Of a stretch of DNA of 42,832 nt, positions 18,180 to 26,988 are shown in pieces. Positions within the stretch are counted from its first letter, which is position 1; the number at the start of each line of letters is the position of its first letter. This DNA comes from an uncultured archaeon (GTDB lineage: Archaea > Asgardarchaeota > Heimdallarchaeia > Heimdallarchaeales > Heimdallarchaeaceae). Location: NCBI GenBank assembly GCA_964534625.1, contig CAZHRF010000028.1, positions 1 through 42,832 on the forward strand, given 5' to 3'. Under the pieces are notes generated by a model. The model saw only the letters and a list, made by a program, of their open reading frames with translations, had not been told where the DNA came from and did no database searches. The position numbers and the translations under genes are program-made.

Positions 18180-18884
18180 TTAATTCCCTTTTACTTTAGC
18201 AAGTTCTTCTTCTAATTCATTAATTCGTTCTTGCTTTGCTAATACTTTTTTCTGAAAGTCCTCTGCAACTTCTGCTTGTGTTTTTTCAAATCTCTTTTTT
18301 GCATCTTGGAGCTCTCTTTCCATTTTAGAATGTTGCTCACGTAATTTTTTCATTTCATTACTTTCTTTTGCTTCTTGAACAGCTTTACTTAAAGCTTCTT
18401 CTAAATTTGCATTTGTGTCGAATTTTGATGAAGTAAGCAATTTTAGTGCTTCATATTTTTCTGGTGCAATAGTTGGACGATTTGTTTGTAGGTCATTAAT
18501 TCGTTCTTCAAGCCCTTGTTTTTCGACCATTAACTCTGATACTTGTTCTTTTAGTTCTCTGTTTTCTTGAGATAATTGAGCAGAATTTTCAACTTCAATA
18601 TTTAACTGTCTACGAATATTTTCAATGTTTTGGCTAGAACCACCTAAATCATTCAAGTAATTAACTACTGTTATAATATACTCGCGAATCATAGGATGAA
18701 TTAAATGCCAATATTGTTGGAGATCTCGTTCAACATCTTTAAGCCTTGGGTCATGTTCTCCTTCAGGTAATTTCACAAAAGCAGGAGTATCAACATCAAT
18801 TAAGGCTTGGTATTGTGGAACAAAATTAAATATGGTATCCTCTTTGTATTTGTACTTTTTGTTCATACAAATAATTAGTAACAA
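18180..18884 (-). CDS. Coiled-coil hypothetical protein, probably co-transcribed with the GTPase
   Basis: Heptad-rich C-terminal two thirds; 15 nt from the GTPase start. Confidence 0.7.
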   Translation of the reverse strand: MLLIICMNKKYKYKEDTIFNFVPQYQALIDVDTPAFVKLPEGEHDPRLKDVERDLQQYWHLIHPMIREYIITVVNYLNDLGGSSQNIENIRRQLNIEVENSAQLSQENRELKEQVSELMVEKQGLEERINDLQTNRPTIAPEKYEALKLLTSSKFDTNANLEEALSKAVQEAKESNEMKKLREQHSKMERELQDAKKRFEKTQAEVAEDFQKKVLAKQERINELEEELAKVKGN

Positions 18885-18939
18885 TAGAATAAGAAAGTTT
18901 CTGTTAAGGTAGCATTATTCTTAGTTAATTTTATGTGAG

Positions 18940-19203
18940 TCATTTTTGTGCAGCTTGTGATATCTCTAATATTTTTTCGAATAATTTTTCATCCATAAGA
19001 ACTTTTCCAATATTCAAGTAATTTTCTATAATCCTTTTTCTAGTTGTTATGGAGATGGGAATTTCCTCAAATTTTCTTTCTAATGTGGATCTTATTTTTC
19101 TTTTTTTGTTGTTCATTTTTAATATATGATATTTTGCTTTGAATTTAGCATAGATCTTATATATAAATAGAGTTGACATTTGAAAAATTTTAGAAAAACC
19201 CAC
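18940..19203 (-). CDS. Small hypothetical protein (start uncertain)
   Basis: ORF in a co-oriented run; the C-terminal half looks helical and protein-like. Confidence 0.45.
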   Translation of the reverse strand: MGFSKIFQMSTLFIYKIYAKFKAKYHILKMNNKKRKIRSTLERKFEEIPISITTRKRIIENYLNIGKVLMDEKLFEKILEISQAAQK

Positions 19204-19214
19204 GTTTTATCCCT

Positions 19215-19544
19215 CTATTCTGATTTTTTCATAACTGACACAATTTTATCAATATTTGATGAATATTCTATAACAATTTTCTCTACTGTTTCTTCAGATA
19301 ATCCCTCACTTTTCAGTTTTTTGTATATTATAGCTATAGAATCTGCAAATTTTTCTGCTACCGTTTCATCGTAAATAGACCCTAAGAGTTGTTCAACCAA
19401 AACTCCTATCTCACTTGATAATACTTTGAGGAACTCTTTTGCTTGTGAGTAATCTTCTATGGTGCTTTTTGTGTCATCTTTAGGGTATTCATTAATTACT
19501 TTTTTATTTTTTGAGTTATAGTCCTTTTCTGTCAAATTATTCAC
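19215..19544 (-). CDS. Hypothetical helical protein
   Basis: 109 aa ORF; YKKLKSEGLSEETVEKIV helical motif. Confidence 0.6.
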   Translation of the reverse strand: MNNLTEKDYNSKNKKVINEYPKDDTKSTIEDYSQAKEFLKVLSSEIGVLVEQLLGSIYDETVAEKFADSIAIIYKKLKSEGLSEETVEKIVIEYSSNIDKIVSVMKKSE

Positions 19545-19648
19545 TTCTTTTGAACTTTCATAAATAATTTTGTGTCCTTCAAGAGTTCAATATATTTTGG
19601 CTTTAAAAATATAACTCAAGACTACAAATTAGATGGAAAGAAAAACAG

Positions 19649-20308
19649 TTATGCAATAAGCTCTTTTTTACTATCCTCTGGTTCTTTTAATTGAATACTT
19701 CCATATACAAATCTTTGAATTACTGTAATAACTGATAATGATGTGAGGATCATATATCCAATAGAGAAATATGAACCTTGGGTAAAACCAATCCAACTAA
19801 TCTGAAAGAATGGTTGATGAAATTCAGGGATAAGTAGATGCAAGAAGACTAGTAACATTAAAAACAACAATCTTTCAGCTCTCTCCATAATCCCAACAGC
19901 CATTTTCTCAATTCCAATGCTTTCTCCTTTGGCTCGAATATAACTAATTAGTAAACCTGAAGTTAACATAAGAATACCCGTTACACCATCTACTGTCCCA
20001 CTAAGAGCTATACCACCAAATATTGCTAAATCGCTAATTCTATCAGCAATACTATCTAAAAACGAACCTTTCTTTGAAGCAATATTATTATATCTGGCAA
20101 TTCCCCCATCTAAGAAATCACATATACCGCCTAGTATAATAAGTATAAAACCTGCCAAAAAGTTTACCATATAAAAAAATATACCAGCAGATATAGATAA
20201 AGTCATACCTAAAAATGTAAAAACATTTGGATGGATACCTAAATTGGCAAAGAAAATAATGATTGGCCTAAATATTTTTGTTATGTGATCCTTTATTTGA
20301 GAAAGCAT
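19649..20308 (-). CDS. CDP-alcohol phosphatidyltransferase (archaetidylinositol-phosphate synthase/PgsA-like)
   Basis: HPNVFT, DFLDGGIAR...GSFLDSIADRISD signature, SYIRAKGE, GIMERAER. Confidence 0.92.
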   Translation of the reverse strand: MLSQIKDHITKIFRPIIIFFANLGIHPNVFTFLGMTLSISAGIFFYMVNFLAGFILIILGGICDFLDGGIARYNNIASKKGSFLDSIADRISDLAIFGGIALSGTVDGVTGILMLTSGLLISYIRAKGESIGIEKMAVGIMERAERLLFLMLLVFLHLLIPEFHQPFFQISWIGFTQGSYFSIGYMILTSLSVITVIQRFVYGSIQLKEPEDSKKELIA

Positions 20309-20394
20309 GTTATCTTTTTAACACTTCTTATGGTATATTTTAAACTTTCTGTAAATAATTTTTTTGAGAGAGATGAACTTCTTAACCTATCTTT

Positions 20395-20775
20395 TTAACA
20401 AGAATTTAGTATTTCTTCCATTTCATCTTTTTTTACAAGTAGTATGGTTGTTTTGCCACTTTTATTAATGTCTCTGGTCATGTCAATTGCGTTCTGTGAG
20501 AATTCATTTCCAATAATTATAACTCCTTCACAAAAATATCCGTTATTATCACTATTCATATCCTCAAGATTATGTTCTGTTTTTATGATTGTATTTGTAC
20601 CTATGCTCTTATTCCAATGAAATGCAAACACAGCAAATTGTTGCTTGGCTCGTTCAACAATGAATGGGAGTATCTTTGTATTACTTCGACCCCAGTTAGC
20701 ATAATTTATTGGTATAACCTCTCCATATCTTTGCAAAAACTCAGATACGCTATGTTCAAATGTACTATTGCTCAT
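20395..20775 (-). CDS. Restriction-endonuclease-like (Mrr-type fold) protein, apparently catalytically degenerate
   Basis: TFEHSVSEFL..YG, FAVFAFHWNKSIG, GVIIIGNEFSQNA, ILLV pattern; the D and ExK positions are missing. Confidence 0.5.
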   Translation of the reverse strand: MSNSTFEHSVSEFLQRYGEVIPINYANWGRSNTKILPFIVERAKQQFAVFAFHWNKSIGTNTIIKTEHNLEDMNSDNNGYFCEGVIIIGNEFSQNAIDMTRDINKSGKTTILLVKKDEMEEILNSC

Positions 20776-21056
20776 ATTATCCTCATTAATCTTTTTTTGT
20801 CGGGATATTTGGATGTGCGTATCTCTAGAGTATTACAAGGTATATTGTGTTTAAAAACATAAGTAAGACAATAGTACTTCCGAATTATTGTGAATAGTAT
20901 ATTGCAGAGAATCTATACTGCTACAAATAAGTTTACACAATGATCATATCGCTTGTAGAAGTAAGAAAAACACGTATAGACAGATCCTCTTTATCAAAGA
21001 TAAAACAGTAGTACATTACACCTTATTGCTTATTTCGCATGTATTAGACAACAAGG

Positions 21057-21084
21057 CTATAAAATCAGTTCTATAAAATCAGTT
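21057..21084. repeat. Perfect tandem duplication, 14 nt x2, overlapping a stop codon
   Basis: ctataaaatcagtt ctataaaatcagtt. Confidence 0.9.
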
Positions 21085-21399
21085 TTTGTGTCTCAAAGAG
21101 AGCCCTTCCTCCTCTTCATCGGCCGAAATGTTTGTTCCTGCTTGTTTTTTACTTTGTTGAAAAACAGAACGTTGGGCCAATAATATAGTAGAAATCCCAA
21201 ATACCCCGAGTGCTATGATAAAAAGAATGTCACTGTCATATCTAGATGATAAAAACATAAGAGTTAAACCAGTTGCAGCAAAGATAACCGTCAACACCAT
21301 ATAAACAATTTTCGCCCATTTTTTCTCAAATAGAGGTACTTCTTCATTGTTTTCTAAATTTTTGTGAGTTTTTTTTTGCTTTTTATTCATATACTCCAC
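21079..21399 (-). CDS. Small two-TM membrane protein
   Basis: Two hydrophobic helices with charged termini. Confidence 0.7.
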   Translation of the reverse strand: MEYMNKKQKKTHKNLENNEEVPLFEKKWAKIVYMVLTVIFAATGLTLMFLSSRYDSDILFIIALGVFGISTILLAQRSVFQQSKKQAGTNISADEEEEGLSLRHKN

Positions 21400-21454
21400 T
21401 CTGTTTATGTCTCTGAATATATTCTATATGCTTTTTGTCTTGAATAGAAAATAT

Positions 21455-21829
21455 TTACCATTCGGTTGGTTCTGGAACCATCATTATATTAAACAACAAC
21501 GCCCATACAACGATCATTGTTATAAAGAATTGCATCATCCCTTTTGTGTAATAAGTACGAATTTTAACGCCAGGCAATTTATCTTTTTGTGTAAATGCCC
21601 ATATTGATGAGATTACCATATAAATTACAATCATTGTCAAAACAGCTGGCCACTTTACAAAATTTATTAAACCAAAAATTATACCTGTAATAATTGCTGT
21701 GATAACTTTGGACCAATAAATTTGTTCCATTGTGGGCATCATCTTTATTTTTTCTATGATATTTTTAGGGATAAAAGTATTTTTTATTCCCTCAATTATC
21801 TTTTTTCCATCAATCTTCAATATAGTCAC
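21455..21829 (-). CDS. EMC6/RAB5IF(OPTI)-like three-TM membrane protein
   Basis: EQIYWSKVITAIITGIIFGLI ... KGMMQFFITMIVVWALLFN resembles the Rab5-interacting/EMC6 family pattern. Confidence 0.65.
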   Translation of the reverse strand: MTILKIDGKKIIEGIKNTFIPKNIIEKIKMMPTMEQIYWSKVITAIITGIIFGLINFVKWPAVLTMIVIYMVISSIWAFTQKDKLPGVKIRTYYTKGMMQFFITMIVVWALLFNIMMVPEPTEW

Positions 21830-22172
21830 CGTAGTACTTATTATGAATCAATTAGTTCAAGACTAAGATATTAATCTTCATTTAAAGAGTTAAGCGAAAT
21901 GATGTTTATAGTTCTTTAGCTTGCTAATATCTATTCCTTCGGCAATAAACTGTTTATATTAAGGTTTCGAAAGACAAGAGAGAACCAAATTTTGCTGTAT
22001 TGGGAGGAAAAAAGTGATTTTTAAGAATGGTTTTACAAAAAACGTTTTCTTCATCTTCTTGCTTTAATAATATACTATCTCAATAAAATATCATATTTCA
22101 AAGCGTTTTTAATTGTATAACTTATTTTTCTCCTTAATTAGTATTGGTTAATATAACTCTTTGGTGTTTATC

Positions 22173-24185
22173 ATGAAATCCACTTTATCAAGTTTAGATA
22201 TCGCAGCCATTGTAGAAGAACTAAAACCAAAAATAGTTGGTTCATGGCTTAATAATATTTACTCACTTGGCAATCAATTATTTATACTGCGATTTAGAAA
22301 AGCAGGGGAAGACTCTATAGAAATATTAATTGAACTAGGGAGAAGATTTCATTCAACTAAGTATGTAAGAAATAAACCGGATGCTCCTAGTAATAAAGTG
22401 TCAACCATGCGGCAACATATACGTGATTTGCCTGTAGAGGCATTTTATCAACGAGGTATGGATCGGGTTATTGTATTTGAGATTGCTTATAAAGGAGGTA
22501 GATATAAATTAGTGTTTGAAATATTTGGTCAAGGAAATTTTGTACTTGTTAGCCCAGAAAACAAAATAATAACAGCAAAGTTCTACAGATCAATGAGGGA
22601 CAGAGATATTCACCCTGGAAAGAAATTTGAATTTCCTCCTTTGCCAGAATACAACATAAAAGAACTTACTGAAGATCTATATTATGAGAAAATAAACTCA
22701 TTTGATAATAAAGTTGTATATTTATTAAACACTTTAATGGGCTTAGGACCTATGTATTCAAAAGACATACTAAAAAAAGCTGGGGTAGAAAACATAAAAG
22801 CATCTGAGCTAAACGAAGAACAAAAAAAGCATATTCTCGTTGAATTATTCAAACTAAAGGATATAGTATTGACTTCAAATTATAACTCAGTAAAATATCT
22901 AGATCAAGGAGATATTGTAGAAATCGCTCCTATACCCTTAGAAAAATATGCTGATTTAGAAACTGAACAAGTGGATTCCATTAATGACGCTTTAGATAAT
23001 TATTTTAGTAAGCATGAGGAAAAACCAACACAAACTAGTGTTAAATCGAAAGTAGCGGGTAAAATTGAAAAATTGAAAAAGAATTTGTCAGATCAAAAGA
23101 AACATTTGGAACGATTAAAAGAACAAGAAAAATCTTATCAAAAGTTAGGTGATTTACTCTATCTCCATTTTACAAAAGTTGATGAACTAATTAACACAAT
23201 AATGGGGGCTAACAAAGCAGGTGTAACTTGGGAGGATATTGTAGAAAAACTAGAATATGGAAAAGAACAGAATATCCCTGCTGCAGAGGTGTATCATAAG
23301 ATCGTTCCCGATTCAAAAAAACTTTTTGTTGAGCTAGAAGATCAAACGGGAGACCCTTTTATTATTGAACTAGATTTTACACGTTCATTAGCTGATAATG
23401 CAAATGATTATTATACCAAGTCAAAAAAATCACGTAGAAAAATACCTGGTGCTGAACAAGCAATAGAAAAAACAAAGCAAATAATAGACGAGCTTAAAAA
23501 CCAGGAAGTAGAAGTTGTAGACGAAATAGAAAAGAAAAAATTGGTTGAAAAACGACCTAAATACTGGTATGAAAAATTTCATTGGATCATATGTAATAAC
23601 CATGTTATCATTGGGGGAAAAGATGCTAAATCTAATGAGCGAATATTAAGAACATATCTAGAAGATGAAGATTTATTTTTACACGCAGATATACATGGGG
23701 CACCTTATGTTGTAATTAAAAAGGGGCAAGAAGATTTGCCTGAAGATTGCTTGAGAAATGCCGCTATATTTGCACTAAATTATTCAAGTCTGTGGAAGGC
23801 GGGAACTCTTGTGGGTGATGTTTATTATGTATATCCAGATCAAGTTAGCCTTACAGCTCCGTCGGGTCAATATCTTGCAAAGGGAAGTGTTATGATTTAT
23901 GGGACAAAAAACTATCTTAACAATATTGAAATTGAGCATTATATTGGCGTCGTATTAGAAGAAAATTATGCACAAGTTCTAGGTGGTCCAAAAGCAATTG
24001 TCACTAATCAAGCTGATATGTGGGTGGAAATAAAACCTGGACGAATACCTAAGGGTTCAATTGCTAAAATCATTCATGAGAAAATGCTCAAACTCTGTCC
24101 AAAAGAAGAGAAATATAAAATTGACGCCTTAACAATTAATGACTATTTGCCTTTCATTCCCGGTGATTCGCGTTTAGATGAGTAA
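22173..24185 (+). CDS. rqcH: Ribosome quality-control protein RqcH/Rqc2/NEMF (NFACT)
   Basis: SSLDIAAIV, MDRVIVF, FEIFGQGNFVL, NANDYY, WYEKFHW, GGKDAKSNE, HADIHGA, QVS.TAPSGQYL.KG. Confidence 0.93.
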   Translation: MKSTLSSLDIAAIVEELKPKIVGSWLNNIYSLGNQLFILRFRKAGEDSIEILIELGRRFHSTKYVRNKPDAPSNKVSTMRQHIRDLPVEAFYQRGMDRVIVFEIAYKGGRYKLVFEIFGQGNFVLVSPENKIITAKFYRSMRDRDIHPGKKFEFPPLPEYNIKELTEDLYYEKINSFDNKVVYLLNTLMGLGPMYSKDILKKAGVENIKASELNEEQKKHILVELFKLKDIVLTSNYNSVKYLDQGDIVEIAPIPLEKYADLETEQVDSINDALDNYFSKHEEKPTQTSVKSKVAGKIEKLKKNLSDQKKHLERLKEQEKSYQKLGDLLYLHFTKVDELINTIMGANKAGVTWEDIVEKLEYGKEQNIPAAEVYHKIVPDSKKLFVELEDQTGDPFIIELDFTRSLADNANDYYTKSKKSRRKIPGAEQAIEKTKQIIDELKNQEVEVVDEIEKKKLVEKRPKYWYEKFHWIICNNHVIIGGKDAKSNERILRTYLEDEDLFLHADIHGAPYVVIKKGQEDLPEDCLRNAAIFALNYSSLWKAGTLVGDVYYVYPDQVSLTAPSGQYLAKGSVMIYGTKNYLNNIEIEHYIGVVLEENYAQVLGGPKAIVTNQADMWVEIKPGRIPKGSIAKIIHEKMLKLCPKEEKYKIDALTINDYLPFIPGDSRLDE

Positions 24186-24266
24186 CAAATTAGAAAAAGT
24201 ATTTTTAGTAAAGCTTTAAAGTGTTTGCGTTTACATGTTAACTAAAATAGAGAGGCACTAAAAAAC

Positions 24267-24854
24267 ATGAAATCAATATTTGACAGAAAAAAATTTGATA
24301 TGACAGTTGATGAAATAATGACTAAACACGTTATTACTGTTACACCTCATACGAGTGTTAAAGTCTGTGCTCAACTAATGATAGAAAATAAGATTGGTTC
24401 CGTTATTGTGTTTAATAAAGAAAATACCCTGTTGGGTATAATAACAAAAGAAAATATGATTAAACATGTTATCGCAGAAAGTGCTGATCCTGAAAAATTA
24501 AAAGCATTCGAAATTATGACTAGCCCAGTAATAACAGCTTCACCTAAGATGCCAATTATAAAAGCAATGGAAAAAATGTTCAAAGAAGGCATAAGACATC
24601 TATTAATTATGTCTCCAGAAAAAAAACTATTGGGGATCTGTACAGACACAGATCTATTCAAGGTAGTACCTGAATTGATACTTTTAGAACAAGAATATCT
24701 CAAATTTGTTGAATCAGAACAAGACATGCAAGAAGAACAAGATAATGAAGACTTTACAGGATATTGTGATGAATGTAAGGAATTTAGTGATCGCTTAAGA
24801 ACTGTGAATGGTATTTATATCTGTCCTCGATGTAACACAGACTTAGAAGATTAA
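24267..24854 (+). CDS. Tandem CBS-domain protein with C-terminal zinc ribbon
   Basis: Two CBS repeats (VDEIMT..VITV; IMTSPVIT) plus GYCDEC...YICPRC. Confidence 0.9.
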   Translation: MKSIFDRKKFDMTVDEIMTKHVITVTPHTSVKVCAQLMIENKIGSVIVFNKENTLLGIITKENMIKHVIAESADPEKLKAFEIMTSPVITASPKMPIIKAMEKMFKEGIRHLLIMSPEKKLLGICTDTDLFKVVPELILLEQEYLKFVESEQDMQEEQDNEDFTGYCDECKEFSDRLRTVNGIYICPRCNTDLED

Positions 24855-24940
24855 GATTAATTCTTAAAATCCTATTTCATTTTAACATTTATTAATAATG
24901 AAACATAAATGTAATATATCAATTATTCAAGATAATCAAA

Positions 24941-25564
24941 ATGAATGCTTTAGATATTACCTCTGAGATTGGTACATATTTAGTCAAACTTGCAAGAAAA
25001 GCAGCTGTATCTTGGATTGTTGCATGTGAACGTCTTGAAACACCTTCAGACCTTCCTGATTTAGCAAAAAAAGAAATAGGGGCTTTTGTCACCGTTAAGA
25101 AAATAATGAACGATCAAAAACAACTAAGAGGGTGTATTGGATATCCTTTAAGTATTGGACCTCTCTACCAAGAAATTATTGATCTGGCAAAATCAGCAAC
25201 ATCAGATGATCCTCGTTTTCCTCCTGTACAAGAAGAAGAATTGTCTGATCTGATATTCGAAGTTACAGTATTAACAACTCCAAAAGAGATAAATTACGAA
25301 ACTAATGAAGAGTTGCTTAAACAAATAAATATCGGAAAGGATGGACTAATAGTTAGTTATAAGGGTAGAAGGGGGTTGTTGTTACCTCAAGTACCAATTG
25401 AGCAAGAATGGGATGCGGAGGAGTTTTTAGCAAACACTTGTAGAAAAGCTTATCTACCAAAGTATATTTGGAAGGAAGAAAAAATAAAAGTAGAAAAGTT
25501 TTCAGGAGTTGTGTTTGGAGAGATGACTCCTAATGGTCAAGTAAAAGCATTAGAATTATCTTAA
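24941..25564 (+). CDS. AMMECR1-domain protein
   Basis: GAFVT, LRGCIG, DPRFPP, EVTVLT, GLLLPQV, CRKA. Confidence 0.93.
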   Translation: MNALDITSEIGTYLVKLARKAAVSWIVACERLETPSDLPDLAKKEIGAFVTVKKIMNDQKQLRGCIGYPLSIGPLYQEIIDLAKSATSDDPRFPPVQEEELSDLIFEVTVLTTPKEINYETNEELLKQINIGKDGLIVSYKGRRGLLLPQVPIEQEWDAEEFLANTCRKAYLPKYIWKEEKIKVEKFSGVVFGEMTPNGQVKALELS

Positions 25565-26485
25565 TGTCATTAATTCATCAATTTCATTTTTATTAAATTC
25601 CTCTACCAAATGTGGTACGAATAAAGGAACTTTTGGAGATACCACTTTTGAATACTGATGGAAGAGTGGTGTTGACATAGCTAAAGCAGAGCATTTACTT
25701 TCTTCATATTTTTTTATGATTTCATTAATCTCAAATATATCCGAATAAGTAATGGATTGTCTTTCTTTTTGTAATGTTTTTTGTATAGAAACTAACAGTT
25801 TAATCCTTTCTATAATGTATTTGGAAATATCACTCTCGTTTTTAATAAAATGAATTAACGTAATTGCACCTCTTTTGTATAATTGTAAAACTGTAGAAAT
25901 ATCTTCTAAATTATTCGAGCAAATAACAAGGACTCTACCTTGAGATCCCGCTGGTAACCCCCCTAGTCCCTGCATGATATCATCAAATAGATACACTTTT
26001 TCATCTCTGATTTCAATATTCAGCGTATACTCAGGAGATGAAAGATCAACTTTTGGAGGATTTTCAAGATTCTCTAAAATATACTCGCCAATTTTTGCAG
26101 CAAATTCAACACTAGTGAAAGGATGTTTGCCAACTCGCTTTACATTAACTGCAAAAGAGGAATGTTGAATAATTTTTGGAAAAAACTTTTCGTTAATCAG
26201 TTGATGAATCTTTTTTATATGTAATTCAGTATGAATAACTCTACTAACACTAGCTACACCAGGAATATAGTTGGCTATTATTTTTTCTGTTCTTATAAGA
26301 TTATCCGTAAAAACAAAAATACGACTATAATGTTTGTCTATCTTAATGTTTTTTATATTAAATTTTTCAAGAACATATTCAATGTTATTTACCAGTTCCC
26401 TAGTGAATCTAGCTCTAGTCCTCTTCCCTTTTATTGCTATTTCTGAAAATCGTACCATAATTGACTGGGTAAAACCATTACTCAT
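25556..26485 (-). CDS. ThiI-like THUMP-domain protein with degenerate PP-loop
   Basis: VRFSEIAIKGK.TR, FAVNVKRVGKHPFTS, VDLSSP, GLGGLPAG; the expected SGGxDS reads SNNLED. Confidence 0.8.
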   Translation of the reverse strand: MSNGFTQSIMVRFSEIAIKGKRTRARFTRELVNNIEYVLEKFNIKNIKIDKHYSRIFVFTDNLIRTEKIIANYIPGVASVSRVIHTELHIKKIHQLINEKFFPKIIQHSSFAVNVKRVGKHPFTSVEFAAKIGEYILENLENPPKVDLSSPEYTLNIEIRDEKVYLFDDIMQGLGGLPAGSQGRVLVICSNNLEDISTVLQLYKRGAITLIHFIKNESDISKYIIERIKLLVSIQKTLQKERQSITYSDIFEINEIIKKYEESKCSALAMSTPLFHQYSKVVSPKVPLFVPHLVEEFNKNEIDELMTLR

Positions 26486-26511
26486 TTATATTACCAGTTT
26501 TTGTTATAACT

Positions 26512-26772
26512 CTATTCTGATTCGAAGAAATCAATATTTTCAACAAATCGCTCTCTTCTTTCTTCTATTTCAGCTTCTGATAGACCGTCTTCGTCACTTA
26601 TCTCAATTACTTCAGTAACATCAGAAGAACGATGTTCAACCTTTTCCGCGACCTCATATTCTGAATCATCTTCAATTGCTTCTTCATACCCACACTTATT
26701 ACAAATAAGTACTCTATCTTTGTTTTTCTTTGTTGGATTTAGAATTTTTCCACACTCTGGGCAAAATTTCAT
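26512..26772 (-). CDS. TFS/RpoM-like N-terminal zinc-ribbon protein lacking the C-terminal ribbon
   Basis: MKFCPECGKIL.P...LICNKCGYEE followed by an acidic tail. Confidence 0.75.
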   Translation of the reverse strand: MKFCPECGKILNPTKKNKDRVLICNKCGYEEAIEDDSEYEVAEKVEHRSSDVTEVIEISDEDGLSEAEIEERRERFVENIDFFESE

Positions 26773-26839
26773 TTTATTCCTCTCTTATATGAAGTTTATA
26801 GTTGATTTTTGTATTGTTGTTTCTCTCTTTTGAAGTTTT

Positions 26840-26901
26840 CTATATTTGGTAATTTGGGTATTGTACAGTTTTGTATATTTGGTAATTTGGGTATTGTACA
26901 G
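26840..26901. repeat. Two intergenic copies (period 33) of a 28-30 nt sequence also present inside fni
   Basis: tatatttggtaatttgggtattgtacag at 26841-26868, 26874-26901 and 27390-27417. Confidence 0.95.
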
Positions 26902-26988
26902 GGTTTTAAGGATAATTTGTTTTTAAGTGTCTCATAATTTGTTTTACAAGTTGACAGAAATGTTATAACTAAGTAATTTAATCTTTAA

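Noticed and set aside
26840-26950. Possible mini-CRISPR array
   Set aside because: Only two units separated by ~5 nt, no spacers of CRISPR length and no cas genes; the unit matches fni coding sequence
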